A stretch of 64,000 nt of DNA, taken from the NCBI GenBank assembly GCA_963653505.1, contig CAVJWL010000002.1:2638-66637 (forward strand). The letters are read 5' to 3'. The notes below the pieces were generated by a model. That model searched no databases, was not told the DNA's origin, and worked only from the letters and a program-made list of their open reading frames with translations. Made by a program: the position numbers and the translations under genes. Source of the DNA: an uncultured Prevotellaceae bacterium (GTDB taxonomy: Bacteria; Bacillota_I; Bacilli_A; RFN20; CAG-288). Shown piece after piece: positions 46,046-56,500 of the stretch (positions are counted from its first letter, which is position 1; every line of letters begins with the position of its first letter).

Positions 46046-49000
46046 AGAATTTAACAAAGCTGATGACAATTATTTTATCGTTTTCTTTTCTACCTTTAAC
46101 TTCTTGTGAAAATAAAACGAATTCAAATAGTCAATCAATATCAAACCAAAAAATAACTGGTTATGAAATAATCAATCCCTTTAGCCAAGTATATGGAGTC
46201 GGTGAAATCATAGATTTCGATTCTATAACTTTTGAAATCAAAGATAATAATGGAAATATAACTACCATCAAAGGATTTGATAGCAGATTGAATATCGAAG
46301 GGGGCGATACAGAAAATGAAGGTAAACACACAATTAAAGTCATATACCTCAATTCAACTTATGAATTTGAATACACAGTAAAACAATTTTATGTCACTTT
46401 GAATTTCAATGGCGGAACATATGAAGGTAAGGAAGAAATCAAACTTCCTTTATACAATAAAACCTGTGATTTATCTAAGGTAATTCCAACCTATTCAAAC
46501 GAAGAAAATAAATACTTCAGCGGTTGGTTTTACAATATAGAAGCTACTGATAGAGTTACTCAATTCCAAGTTGAAAAAAACATCAAAAGCTCAACTGATA
46601 TTACAATCTATGCTGGTTATGATTTGAAGTATGATGACAAGTTCTATTACACAATCAACGAAAAAGAAAACACCTGTACCATTGTATCCATCAATTTTGA
46701 AACATATTTTGTGAATTATCTCTTCGATTCAGAATTAGTGATTCCTAAGACAATCGAAAGCTATCCAGTAACCGAAATTGGAGCTGATTTTTTCGTTCAA
46801 AAAACCATCAATGAAGATGGTACAGTCGAAGAATATGATTACGCCGATGTTATGATAGATTTGACAAAAATTTCCTTTGAAGAAGGATCTCAAGTAACAA
46901 AAATCGGAAATAGAGCATTCAGAGGACTCACATATCTAGAAGAAATAACTTTCCCAGAATCATTAGCCATCATCGGAGAAGAAGCTTTTAAAGAAACAAA
47001 TTTATCTGGAGAACTTATTTTAAATAAAAATCTTGTAAAAATCGGTAAAGGGGCTTTCAAATCTTTAAAATTAGAAAAAATATCCTTTGAAAAAGATAGC
47101 AAGATAAAAGTCATCGGTGAAGAATGCTTCAGTTATAACGAATTTTTATATTCAATCAAATTACCAGAAGGATTAGAAGAAATTAGAGAAAACGCCTTCT
47201 ATAAATGCGATGACTTATCAAGTATAAAATTGCCATCAACCCTCAAATACATTTCAGGATCTACCTTCATGTATATGGGAAGTTTAAATAAAATTGAAGT
47301 TGCTGAATCAAATCAAAATTTCACATCAATCGATGGTAACCTTTATTCAAAAGATAAACACAAATTGATCAGATATTGCTACACAAACGATGAAACTGAA
47401 TTCACAATTCCAAGTGAGGTCAATCAAATCTCTGATGCTGCTTTTGGTATTTTTGATGATTATAAAACATTAAAAAAGTTGAACATTCCCGAAGGAGTCC
47501 AATACATCGGCAATCAGGCATTTTCAGGATGCACATTCGATTTAAATCTTCCATCAACACTTGAGAGTTTTTCACTCGAAGCATTCTCAGGCTATGAAGG
47601 AAAAGAAATTAATGTCAGTACAGCCAATGAAAAATATCATTCAAAAGATGGCATCATCTATTCCCACGATTACAAAACTTTATATTTATGTCCAAAATCA
47701 TATGAAAAAAAGAATTTTGTCTTAGATGATAAAGTTGAAATCATTTCAAGAAACGCAATCTATGATTGTAAGAATATTGAAACTATCACCATATCTAAAA
47801 ATTCAGCATTGAAAAAGATATATACGAACGGATTATTATTCACAAATTTAGATAATTTAAAATTTGTTAAGATTGAAAAAAATGAACTTATCGATTTTTC
47901 GTTTGAATCATTTTTCAGTGCTACTAATGTCATCAACGAAAACTTCGAAGTAATCTTTAAAGATGAAACACATTATAATAACTTTTTAGCTAAACTCAAA
48001 TCCTTACCGCATCCAAAATATTATGATGATATCATCGACTTAGTTTATACCCACATAAATTTGGATTCTGAAGTCAAAGACAAATCTTTAACTTTAATTT
48101 CCAATGCAGTCGGCTTCACAGTAGATGAATTCAATTCTATTATCAATGAAAATTCCTTACTTGAAGTATTGAGTTTTGGAAGCGAAAATTCTAAAAATGC
48201 ATTATCATTAGTCTCTTATGTTTTAAAAGAAGATAAATATAATGAAGCAGAGAAGAAGTACGCTATAAATTTCCTAAAACGTATTTATTTTTCGATGTAT
48301 CTCAAAGCAAAAGAATCAACCTATAACATTTATTCAGCTTATGCAAATCTTAAAGCCTACTATGATAATTTTGATGCATCGATTCAAAAAGAAATAAAAG
48401 AATATTTAAACTTGATACGTGTGCTCTGCGACTTTGATAAAACCACTGAGATGAAGGAATCTATTTATCAAGAAATTTTAACCTTCCCACTTTCAAAAGA
48501 AAGCTTTGATACTGAAAAGTTCTTAGAATTGAAAAGTAAAGTTAATAAATACGAATTATTTAAAATTCCAGTTGCAAGTACTGTATATAATAGATACCAA
48601 CTTTTATATTGCAATTACAAAATTGCAAGTATAATAGATAAAAATCTAGAAGAATGTTCAGATTCAGAATTGCTCGATATCTATAATGTGATGTATAGCA
48701 CTGAAGATGATTTCATGAGTATCAGCGACTATTTAAACAGTCCCTATACTCAAACACCATATAGAAGCAAATATATTAATCGGCTTGAAGATTACAATAA
48801 TTTTATAAATAAATTCCAAACTGTAATATCTGATTTGATTGAGAAATATATCAATAAACTTGAGACCTTTGACTTCACAACTTTCAATTATGATACTTAC
48901 AACAATTTCTATTCAAACTATATCACAATAATCTACAAATACTGGTCAATATTCACTCCCCATTTCAAAAGCAACCAATATTTCTCAGTTTCTGATACAG

Positions 49001-49653
49001 AAAAGATAATCAATACAATCTGCACGAGTATCGATATCTATAATTTCAACAATAAGGATTTTACCAATATGAATGATAAAGAAATCATTCAAACCTACAA
49101 ATTATCTCAATCATTAGACCAAGTTATTTACAATAAATATGCAACCGATTATGGCTTCACCGATGATGAATATAATGTTCTCATCGATAATCTCTATGGA
49201 TTTAGTACTTATAATACAAAAAAAGACAACATTAAAACAAAATATCAACAAGTGATTCAAAAGATCGAAAACGAAATCAACAACGTTGAAATTTCTTCAT
49301 CATTATCACAAGAAATGGTCACTAATCTTTATAATCGCGTTACAATAATAGATAGTAATATAAATAAAATCACAGATTTCAGCCAAGACGCTAAACTGAA
49401 ATTCTGTTCAATTATGATTTACTACACCATTAAAAAAATCTTTGATACTTATCCAACAGTGACAAATGAGAACAAATACAGTATCAGACAAATGATATAT
49501 GGTTATTACAACATCAATGATTATACTTTCCGTATTGGAGCAAAAGGCTTCATTGATGAATTCTTGGATGGAACAATCGATGATACCTTTAACTACAACA
49601 CTACACTCATTCCAAATTACAGCCAATACGAAGAGTTATTAACAAAAATTTAG
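46042..49653 (+). CDS. BspA-type leucine-rich-repeat (LRR_5) surface lipoprotein
   Basis: 1203 aa with signal + lipobox LTSCEN. Repeated ~23-aa LRR units (IGNRAFRGLTYLEEITFPESLAIIGEEAFKETNLSGELIL...). Long C-terminal helical/Tyr-Asn-rich region. Confidence 0.7.
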   Translation: MKNLTKLMTIILSFSFLPLTSCENKTNSNSQSISNQKITGYEIINPFSQVYGVGEIIDFDSITFEIKDNNGNITTIKGFDSRLNIEGGDTENEGKHTIKVIYLNSTYEFEYTVKQFYVTLNFNGGTYEGKEEIKLPLYNKTCDLSKVIPTYSNEENKYFSGWFYNIEATDRVTQFQVEKNIKSSTDITIYAGYDLKYDDKFYYTINEKENTCTIVSINFETYFVNYLFDSELVIPKTIESYPVTEIGADFFVQKTINEDGTVEEYDYADVMIDLTKISFEEGSQVTKIGNRAFRGLTYLEEITFPESLAIIGEEAFKETNLSGELILNKNLVKIGKGAFKSLKLEKISFEKDSKIKVIGEECFSYNEFLYSIKLPEGLEEIRENAFYKCDDLSSIKLPSTLKYISGSTFMYMGSLNKIEVAESNQNFTSIDGNLYSKDKHKLIRYCYTNDETEFTIPSEVNQISDAAFGIFDDYKTLKKLNIPEGVQYIGNQAFSGCTFDLNLPSTLESFSLEAFSGYEGKEINVSTANEKYHSKDGIIYSHDYKTLYLCPKSYEKKNFVLDDKVEIISRNAIYDCKNIETITISKNSALKKIYTNGLLFTNLDNLKFVKIEKNELIDFSFESFFSATNVINENFEVIFKDETHYNNFLAKLKSLPHPKYYDDIIDLVYTHINLDSEVKDKSLTLISNAVGFTVDEFNSIINENSLLEVLSFGSENSKNALSLVSYVLKEDKYNEAEKKYAINFLKRIYFSMYLKAKESTYNIYSAYANLKAYYDNFDASIQKEIKEYLNLIRVLCDFDKTTEMKESIYQEILTFPLSKESFDTEKFLELKSKVNKYELFKIPVASTVYNRYQLLYCNYKIASIIDKNLEECSDSELLDIYNVMYSTEDDFMSISDYLNSPYTQTPYRSKYINRLEDYNNFINKFQTVISDLIEKYINKLETFDFTTFNYDTYNNFYSNYITIIYKYWSIFTPHFKSNQYFSVSDTEKIINTICTSIDIYNFNNKDFTNMNDKEIIQTYKLSQSLDQVIYNKYATDYGFTDDEYNVLIDNLYGFSTYNTKKDNIKTKYQQVIQKIENEINNVEISSSLSQEMVTNLYNRVTIIDSNINKITDFSQDAKLKFCSIMIYYTIKKIFDTYPTVTNENKYSIRQMIYGYYNINDYTFRIGAKGFIDEFLDGTIDDTFNYNTTLIPNYSQYEELLTKI

Positions 49654-49665
49654 TTCAGGAGACTT

Positions 49666-52600
49666 ATGCCTAATTCAAATACAAAAACATTCACTATCAA
49701 CAAAGCAACTTTAACTGTCATCAAATATAACGAAGAAAAAATCAAAGACATTTCCTTCGTAGATTTTTTTAGTGAAAATTTAAATCCTAAAAAACTCAAT
49801 CTAGAAGAAGATAAATACAATTATGAAATATTATCTTCCTTCATCAAAGTCGCTAGTGATAAACAATGTTATGTATTTAAGTCCAATAAAACTAAAATCA
49901 CTTACAGTTTTTACATTCTCTATACTGATGAGCCAAACATCATCAAAGTAGAAGTCAGAAAAGAAGAAAATAATATCTATACCGATGAATTATATGATTA
50001 TTTAACCGGTGTCTATTCAAGAAAATATCTCTTCGATTTGATATCAAACGAACTGAAAGAAGATAATTTGAATTCATATATCATCATGATCGACCTTGAT
50101 AATTTCAAAGGTATCAATGATAATTACGGACATTTGATTGGTGACTACTGTTTAAAAGAAATTTCCTTAAAACTAAAGAATGTCTTCCATAATTGCATCC
50201 TCGGTAGATATGGCGGCGATGAGTTTTTAGTGTACATAAAAAATGTGACTGATCTAGAACTTGAAAAACTCATAAAAAGTGCATTAAAAGTAAGCTATAC
50301 CTACAAACACGCAAACAATAAACATATCGTCACTTGTTCTTTAGGTATTTCAAAAAAGATATCTAAAAGAAAAAATATAAACGACCTTATTGAAGAAAGC
50401 GATAAAGCCTTATATCAAGCTAAAAAAAGAAAGAAAAACAGCGCCAAAATATATGAAGGTGCCATCTATTACGGCTACGAAAATAAGAAAAATAAGATCA
50501 ACAATAAAAACAAAAACGATCAAAGTGCAACTCTCTTTCAAGAAGAATTACAAAAGAAGAGAAGACATTTCACAATCAATCTCATCATCATTATGGTTTT
50601 GACAATAGCAACAATCTCCAGTTTTGATTTCATTTACAATTATAGAGTGAACGAACAAACTTCTGAAATAGCAAAAGAAAATATGTCAAGCTACTCTTCT
50701 GCTATTTCAAAACAAATATCCACAAAAATAAATGAATCATTTACAAAGCTTCAAAACAGTCAAGAACTATTGAACGAAATCAATGAATCAGAAGAAGATG
50801 CCTTATTGAATTCAATGATTCATAGTCTAAAAAAGAACACTCTTGTCAACACCCCAGGATTATTATTAGAAAATGGTGATGTATATTTTTCAGAAAATAA
50901 CATTGTAAATATCGGAAATAATTCTTTTGCAAAAAAACTTATCACTGATAAAGAAAAAGCCGTTTCAAAAATTTCTTCAACCTCAAATCAAGAGTATATT
51001 TTGATAGGATATCCATATTACAAAAATACAAGTTCGACCTATGATGAATCTAACTTAGATATTTATGGAATCATCTCTGCTATCACTCCTGATGATTTTG
51101 CCTCTTCATTATTTGAAACTATCGATGATTCTTATTATGTAACAATCATCGAAAATACTGGTATTAAAATCTGTGATAACAACTCATCAAGCGTGACATT
51201 TTTTAAGAAATATTACAATTTCTTCAATTATTTCAGTGAAAACAAATTGAATTCACAATTGAAGATTATTGATGAACAACTAGAAACAACCGAAGATAAA
51301 TGCAGTATTATAACTTTATATAATGTCAATTATTTCGTTTATTCAAAATCTATCGAAATTGAAAATTGGGATATTATATTCATCGTTCCATATACATTCA
51401 TCTTCCAACAATTTGGAAATGTCATTTTATTCTCTCTTATTTTATTCAATGCTATTTGTATTTTATTCTTATTATTTGTTATCTTCGCCTTCTCATATTT
51501 CAACAAGACCAAAAAGAAAGCTTTATTAGCAGATTATTACGATACAACCATCGATTCTATTAACCAAAAAAGATTCACACTCGATGCAGATACCATTATC
51601 AAAAATGAAAAAAAGAATGAAATCTACATCGCCTATTTGAATATAAAAAGATTTAGATATTTCTACAATACCTTTGGAAATGAAGCGACGGATATCTTAC
51701 TCATCATCTCACATTATTTCCAAGAACACTTAAAAGGTGTTGAAATGTTATCAAGAGAATATACAGATAGATTTATTCTCTTATTGCTCGGCCAAGATAG
51801 AAATACTATCTACACAAGAATCAAATTATTAGCAAATAATATCAATGAAATCGAAGACATAAAAAAATACGGACATATAAGCTTGAACATCGGTCTATAC
51901 AAAGTCGAAGATGGAAAAGGAAAAATCCACATCGCTTTAGATAGAGCTAAAAAAGCTTGTGAAGCAACTAGCCAAGGAAGTGAGAACTTCAGCATAAAAT
52001 TCTTCGATAGGAAAATGTTAGATGGTGAAGAATTAGAATCATATATCGAACAAAATCAAGAAGAAGCCCTTAGAAATGATAGATTCCAAGTATTCTACCA
52101 AGGAAAGTATTCTTTACACGATAATAAATTCGCTTCATGTGAAGCACTAGTCAGATGGAAAGATGAAGAAAAAGGATTCATCAACACTCAAAAATTCATC
52201 GATGTCTTTGAAGAAAACGGCTTTGTAATCAAACTAGATTTATTTATCTTTGAAAAAGTATTAAAAGATATCAGAGAATATATCAACCAAGGAAAAGAAC
52301 CACTACCAGTCAGTGTCAATGTATCAAGAAGACATTTTGATAATCAAAACTTCTTCTTCGAATATGAGAAATTGATGAAAAAATATGGTATCGAAGGAAA
52401 ATATATCGAATTTGAAATCACAGAATCCATCATTTTAAATAACGAATTCAATTTGACTGAAACAATAAGACAAATTCATTCAATAGGTTCGAAAGTATCA
52501 ATCGATGATTTCGGAAGTGGATTTTCTAACTTCTCAATGATCAATCATGTCAATTATGACATCTTGAAAATAGATAGAAAACTCTTATTCGGAAAGAACG

Positions 52601-52812
52601 GATTCGATGAAGATTCTCGAAAGATTTTAAAGAACATCGTCACCTTGAATAAGGATATGAATAAAGTAGTAGTCTGTGAAGGCGTTGAAAAGAAAGAAGA
52701 ATCAGATTATTTAAAATCGATAGGGTGCGATTTGATTCAAGGATATTATTATTCAAAACCACAGCCAAAAGAAGAATTCATCCAGTTGATTAAAAATACA
52801 AACAATAAATAA
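49666..52812 (+). CDS. composite c-di-GMP protein: GGDEF - 2 TM flanking extracytoplasmic sensor - degenerate GGDEF - EAL
   Basis: 1048 aa. N-terminal GGDEF with intact RYGGDEFLVY; TM helices at ~aa 300 and ~590; a second GGDEF-like domain lacking GG(D/E)EF; a C-terminal EAL domain (EALVRW..., DDFGSGFS, CEGVE). Confidence 0.85.
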   Translation: MPNSNTKTFTINKATLTVIKYNEEKIKDISFVDFFSENLNPKKLNLEEDKYNYEILSSFIKVASDKQCYVFKSNKTKITYSFYILYTDEPNIIKVEVRKEENNIYTDELYDYLTGVYSRKYLFDLISNELKEDNLNSYIIMIDLDNFKGINDNYGHLIGDYCLKEISLKLKNVFHNCILGRYGGDEFLVYIKNVTDLELEKLIKSALKVSYTYKHANNKHIVTCSLGISKKISKRKNINDLIEESDKALYQAKKRKKNSAKIYEGAIYYGYENKKNKINNKNKNDQSATLFQEELQKKRRHFTINLIIIMVLTIATISSFDFIYNYRVNEQTSEIAKENMSSYSSAISKQISTKINESFTKLQNSQELLNEINESEEDALLNSMIHSLKKNTLVNTPGLLLENGDVYFSENNIVNIGNNSFAKKLITDKEKAVSKISSTSNQEYILIGYPYYKNTSSTYDESNLDIYGIISAITPDDFASSLFETIDDSYYVTIIENTGIKICDNNSSSVTFFKKYYNFFNYFSENKLNSQLKIIDEQLETTEDKCSIITLYNVNYFVYSKSIEIENWDIIFIVPYTFIFQQFGNVILFSLILFNAICILFLLFVIFAFSYFNKTKKKALLADYYDTTIDSINQKRFTLDADTIIKNEKKNEIYIAYLNIKRFRYFYNTFGNEATDILLIISHYFQEHLKGVEMLSREYTDRFILLLLGQDRNTIYTRIKLLANNINEIEDIKKYGHISLNIGLYKVEDGKGKIHIALDRAKKACEATSQGSENFSIKFFDRKMLDGEELESYIEQNQEEALRNDRFQVFYQGKYSLHDNKFASCEALVRWKDEEKGFINTQKFIDVFEENGFVIKLDLFIFEKVLKDIREYINQGKEPLPVSVNVSRRHFDNQNFFFEYEKLMKKYGIEGKYIEFEITESIILNNEFNLTETIRQIHSIGSKVSIDDFGSGFSNFSMINHVNYDILKIDRKLLFGKNGFDEDSRKILKNIVTLNKDMNKVVVCEGVEKKEESDYLKSIGCDLIQGYYYSKPQPKEEFIQLIKNTNNK

Positions 52813-52823
52813 AGGAACTTACA

Positions 52824-53468
52824 ATGAAAGTTTTATTATTAAATGGTTCAATCCACGCAAAAGGAAATACCTATACAGCATTAGAAGAAATTGGAAAAGA
52901 ACTCCTAAAACAAGGAATCGATTATGAAATATTTCAAATAGGAGTAAAACCTATTCAAGATTGTACCAATTGTAGACAATGTAAAAAAACAGGATATTGT
53001 ATTTATAACGAAGATACCCTAAACGAATTTCTCAAAAAAGCCAAAGAAGCTGATGGATACATCTTCGGATCGCCTGTTTATTACGCTCATCCCAGTGGAA
53101 GAATCCTGTCATTTTTAGATAGAGCCTTTTACTGTAAAAGCGATATCTACCACTTTAAACCCGTCGCCTCAGTAGTCGTAGCAAGAAGAGCAGGAACCTC
53201 AACCTCATTCGATGTTCTAAATAAATATGCTACGATTGCCGATATGATAATCGTAGGTTCTTCTTATTGGAATAATGCCTTCGGAGCCACTACAGATGAA
53301 GCTAAAAATGATGCTGAAGGAATGCAGACAATGCGAAATTTAGCTAGAAATATGGCTTATGTATTAAAACTGATAAAATTAGGAAAAGAAAACGGAATTA
53401 ATCCACCTGAAATAGAAAAAAGCAATTATACAAACTTCATGAGAAACGATTTAATTAAAGAAAATTAA
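52824..53468 (+). CDS. iron-sulfur flavoprotein / NADPH-dependent FMN reductase family
   Basis: 214 aa with flavodoxin-like N-terminus MKVLLLNGSIHAKGNTY and compact Cys cluster CTNCRQCKKTGYC (Cx2Cx2Cx5C), typical of the ISF family. Confidence 0.65.
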   Translation: MKVLLLNGSIHAKGNTYTALEEIGKELLKQGIDYEIFQIGVKPIQDCTNCRQCKKTGYCIYNEDTLNEFLKKAKEADGYIFGSPVYYAHPSGRILSFLDRAFYCKSDIYHFKPVASVVVARRAGTSTSFDVLNKYATIADMIIVGSSYWNNAFGATTDEAKNDAEGMQTMRNLARNMAYVLKLIKLGKENGINPPEIEKSNYTNFMRNDLIKEN

Positions 53469-53551
53469 TTTGGTAATTTTATATGTTTATATATTCAATA
53501 AAGTGATAAAATTTTGTTGCATAATATCTATAGAAAAATGGAGGACGAGCA

Positions 53552-56500
53552 ATGATCGACAAGGAATATATCAAAATAAATTTAGCAACAAGTAAAACCT
53601 TCTCTTATTTAGAGTATCATACCGACTCCATTATCAAAGTAAATAATCCAAATGTATATTATACCTCTTTTTCGTTTGTTCAAAAAATCGAAATCGACAA
53701 TCAAACTGAAAACGATTATCAAGATTTGATAATCCATTTTGAGTTTTCAAACAATATATTTAAGAGTGAAGATTTCCATATCGGATTCACACCAAAAAGA
53801 AATAAATATCTGATAAAAATCGATCCAAAAATCAAGATAGATGACACAAGACTATATAACATCAACGGAATCTCATCTTGCACAATCTTTATCTCTTTAA
53901 GAGATCCAAACAATAACACTAAAGAATTGTGTTCAAATACAAAAACAATCAGCATCCTTCCATTCAATCAAGCGACTAATGACATCTATAAAGCACCTTT
54001 ATTATTTTCAAAATACTGCATCACAGATTTCTCACAAATAATAAATATCCAACATGCAGCCAATAATGAAAAAGCAAAATTGAATGGATTTGAAACAGAT
54101 TGTATAATCGGATATCAAAACGAAGATACAAACGAAATCATCAAAGAAGTAACTTCGATATATAGAGCCATCCATAACACTGGAAATATTACTTATTCAA
54201 ACCCACCGAATTCAAGTGAATTAGTTCAAAACATCAGAATGCCAAATACAGTTTTAAAAACCAAACTTGGAACTTGTTTAGACATATCATTGTTATTCTG
54301 TTCAGCCCTTCTTCAAGTCGGACTTCATCCGATATTGATTTTGACTCAAGGTCACGCCTTTGCTGGATGTTTTTTACATGACTATGATTCTTTCAACGGA
54401 TATTATGAAACGAATCCAAATGTCATCTTCTCCGATGCAGTAAGCCAAGAAAAAAACATCATTCTTTTTGAATGCACAACAGCCACAAATAATTCTTCAG
54501 TACCATTTTCTGAAGCAATGAAAATAGCAAATGAAACATTGAGAGCATATCGTGGATTCTTTATAGCTATTGATATCTATATGGCTCAACACTCCATCTT
54601 CAAACCTATTCCAATAGCAAATGATGATGGCAATGTCGATTTCACAATCCCAATGACTAAATTAAAAGAAGAAGAACTCGAAGAAATCGAAGAATATCAA
54701 GGAACCCCAATAGCCGAAGTAGATACAACTGATCGTTTCACAACTTGGGAAAAGAAATTATTAGATTTATCTACATCTAATAAATTGGTAAATTTCCGAT
54801 TTTCAAAAGATAATTCCAACCATTCAATAATCATCCCACCAAATGGAAAAGGAAAAGAAATCTTTGAGTTTTTAAAACACAAAGATGGAACCTTTACACT
54901 TTCAAATATCAAAAACGTATTGCAAGATAATGAAGGTAATATTGGAAATATTGAAAGTGAAATATTTGAAAAAGTAGCCTCAAATCAACTTCAAAAAGGA
55001 ACTCTTCTTATGACAGGAACTGTCAAAACAATGAAGAGCTTAATAAAAAAAGATAATGAATCAAGAGAAGAAACAGGCTCCCCAACCCTCTACTTATGCA
55101 TCGGTTTATTGACTGGAAACGATTCCAATGGAAGAAGCAATAAAGAAATTAAAGCCCCATTTTTATTACTGCCAATAAAAGTTAGCAAAAATAGATACGG
55201 AGATGATTTCACCGCTACCTATGACATTGAAGAAATGATGATAAATAAGACATTCTTCGAATACTATAAGATGAAAAAAGGCAGTGATTACGATAATCTC
55301 TACACCGTTTCATCCCACAACCAATTTGAAGACATCATCGCTTCATTAAAAGAGAATCACAGCGGTGATATAAAAGTCGATGAAAATGTTTGTTTCATCG
55401 CAAATTTCTTATTCACTCATATGGTAATGTGGCAAGATATCATCGATAGAAAAGAAGTCTTAAGAAAGAATGTCATCATCCAATCACTTTTGGAAAACAA
55501 ATCACTTATCAACGATGATAAAATCCAAGTAGACAATGTCGATGAATTAGATACGATGAAAGATTTTGCAGCACCATTACCTTATGATTCAACTCAACTG
55601 AGAGCGATAAGAGAATGTGCTAAAGGAAATTCGTTCATTCTAGATGGTCCTCCAGGAACTGGAAAAAGTCAAACGATTGTCAATATGATTGTCAACTCTT
55701 TCTATAATGGAAAGACAATACTTTTTGTTGCAGAAAAACAAGCCGCTCTTGAAGTAGTCAGACAAAGATTAGCAAGTTTAGGCTTAGATCAATTTGTCTT
55801 GCAACTATATTCATCAAAGACGAACAAGCAAGCTTTTTTCAGTCAACTATCCAAGGCGATGGATTATGGAAAAAGAAGCTCTGACGAAGATTTTTTAACA
55901 ATATGCGATAACATCGAAAAAGAAAAGAAAATCATAAACGATGAACTTAGAAGGTTACATTCACACAAAAAGCAATTCTATTCATTATATGAAGCAATAA
56001 CTAGAGAATTAGCAACTTCAGAAATAAAGCTGAATTTTGATATTTCACAAGAATTTTTAAGCGATTATAATTCTGAAAAAGATGTCAAAATCAGAAATAT
56101 CATTCATCGAATAGAAAAAGTGAACAGTGAATTCGATGGAGAAAAAATTGAAAACTATCTTTCAATTATCAATTTCAAAAGATACACATTCAATGACCAA
56201 AATACTCTAGTCACATCTTACACAAAGCTTTCTAAAAATTTAATTGAATTAAAAAATAAATTCGAACAACTAAAAGAAACTTTGAATGAACCAAGCTTAC
56301 AATTAAAAATCAACAATGTGGAATTCATCATCGGAATATTAAAACTATTGATTGAAAAAGAAGTCAAAATCGATTGTTTTTCAAAACCTGATTTAGAAAC
56401 ATATTTCAACAATATGAATGTTGTAATGCCTAAAATTTCAACACTTGCCAAATTAGAAAGTTCCATATCTAAAAAATACAATATCCACGGAATCGAACAA

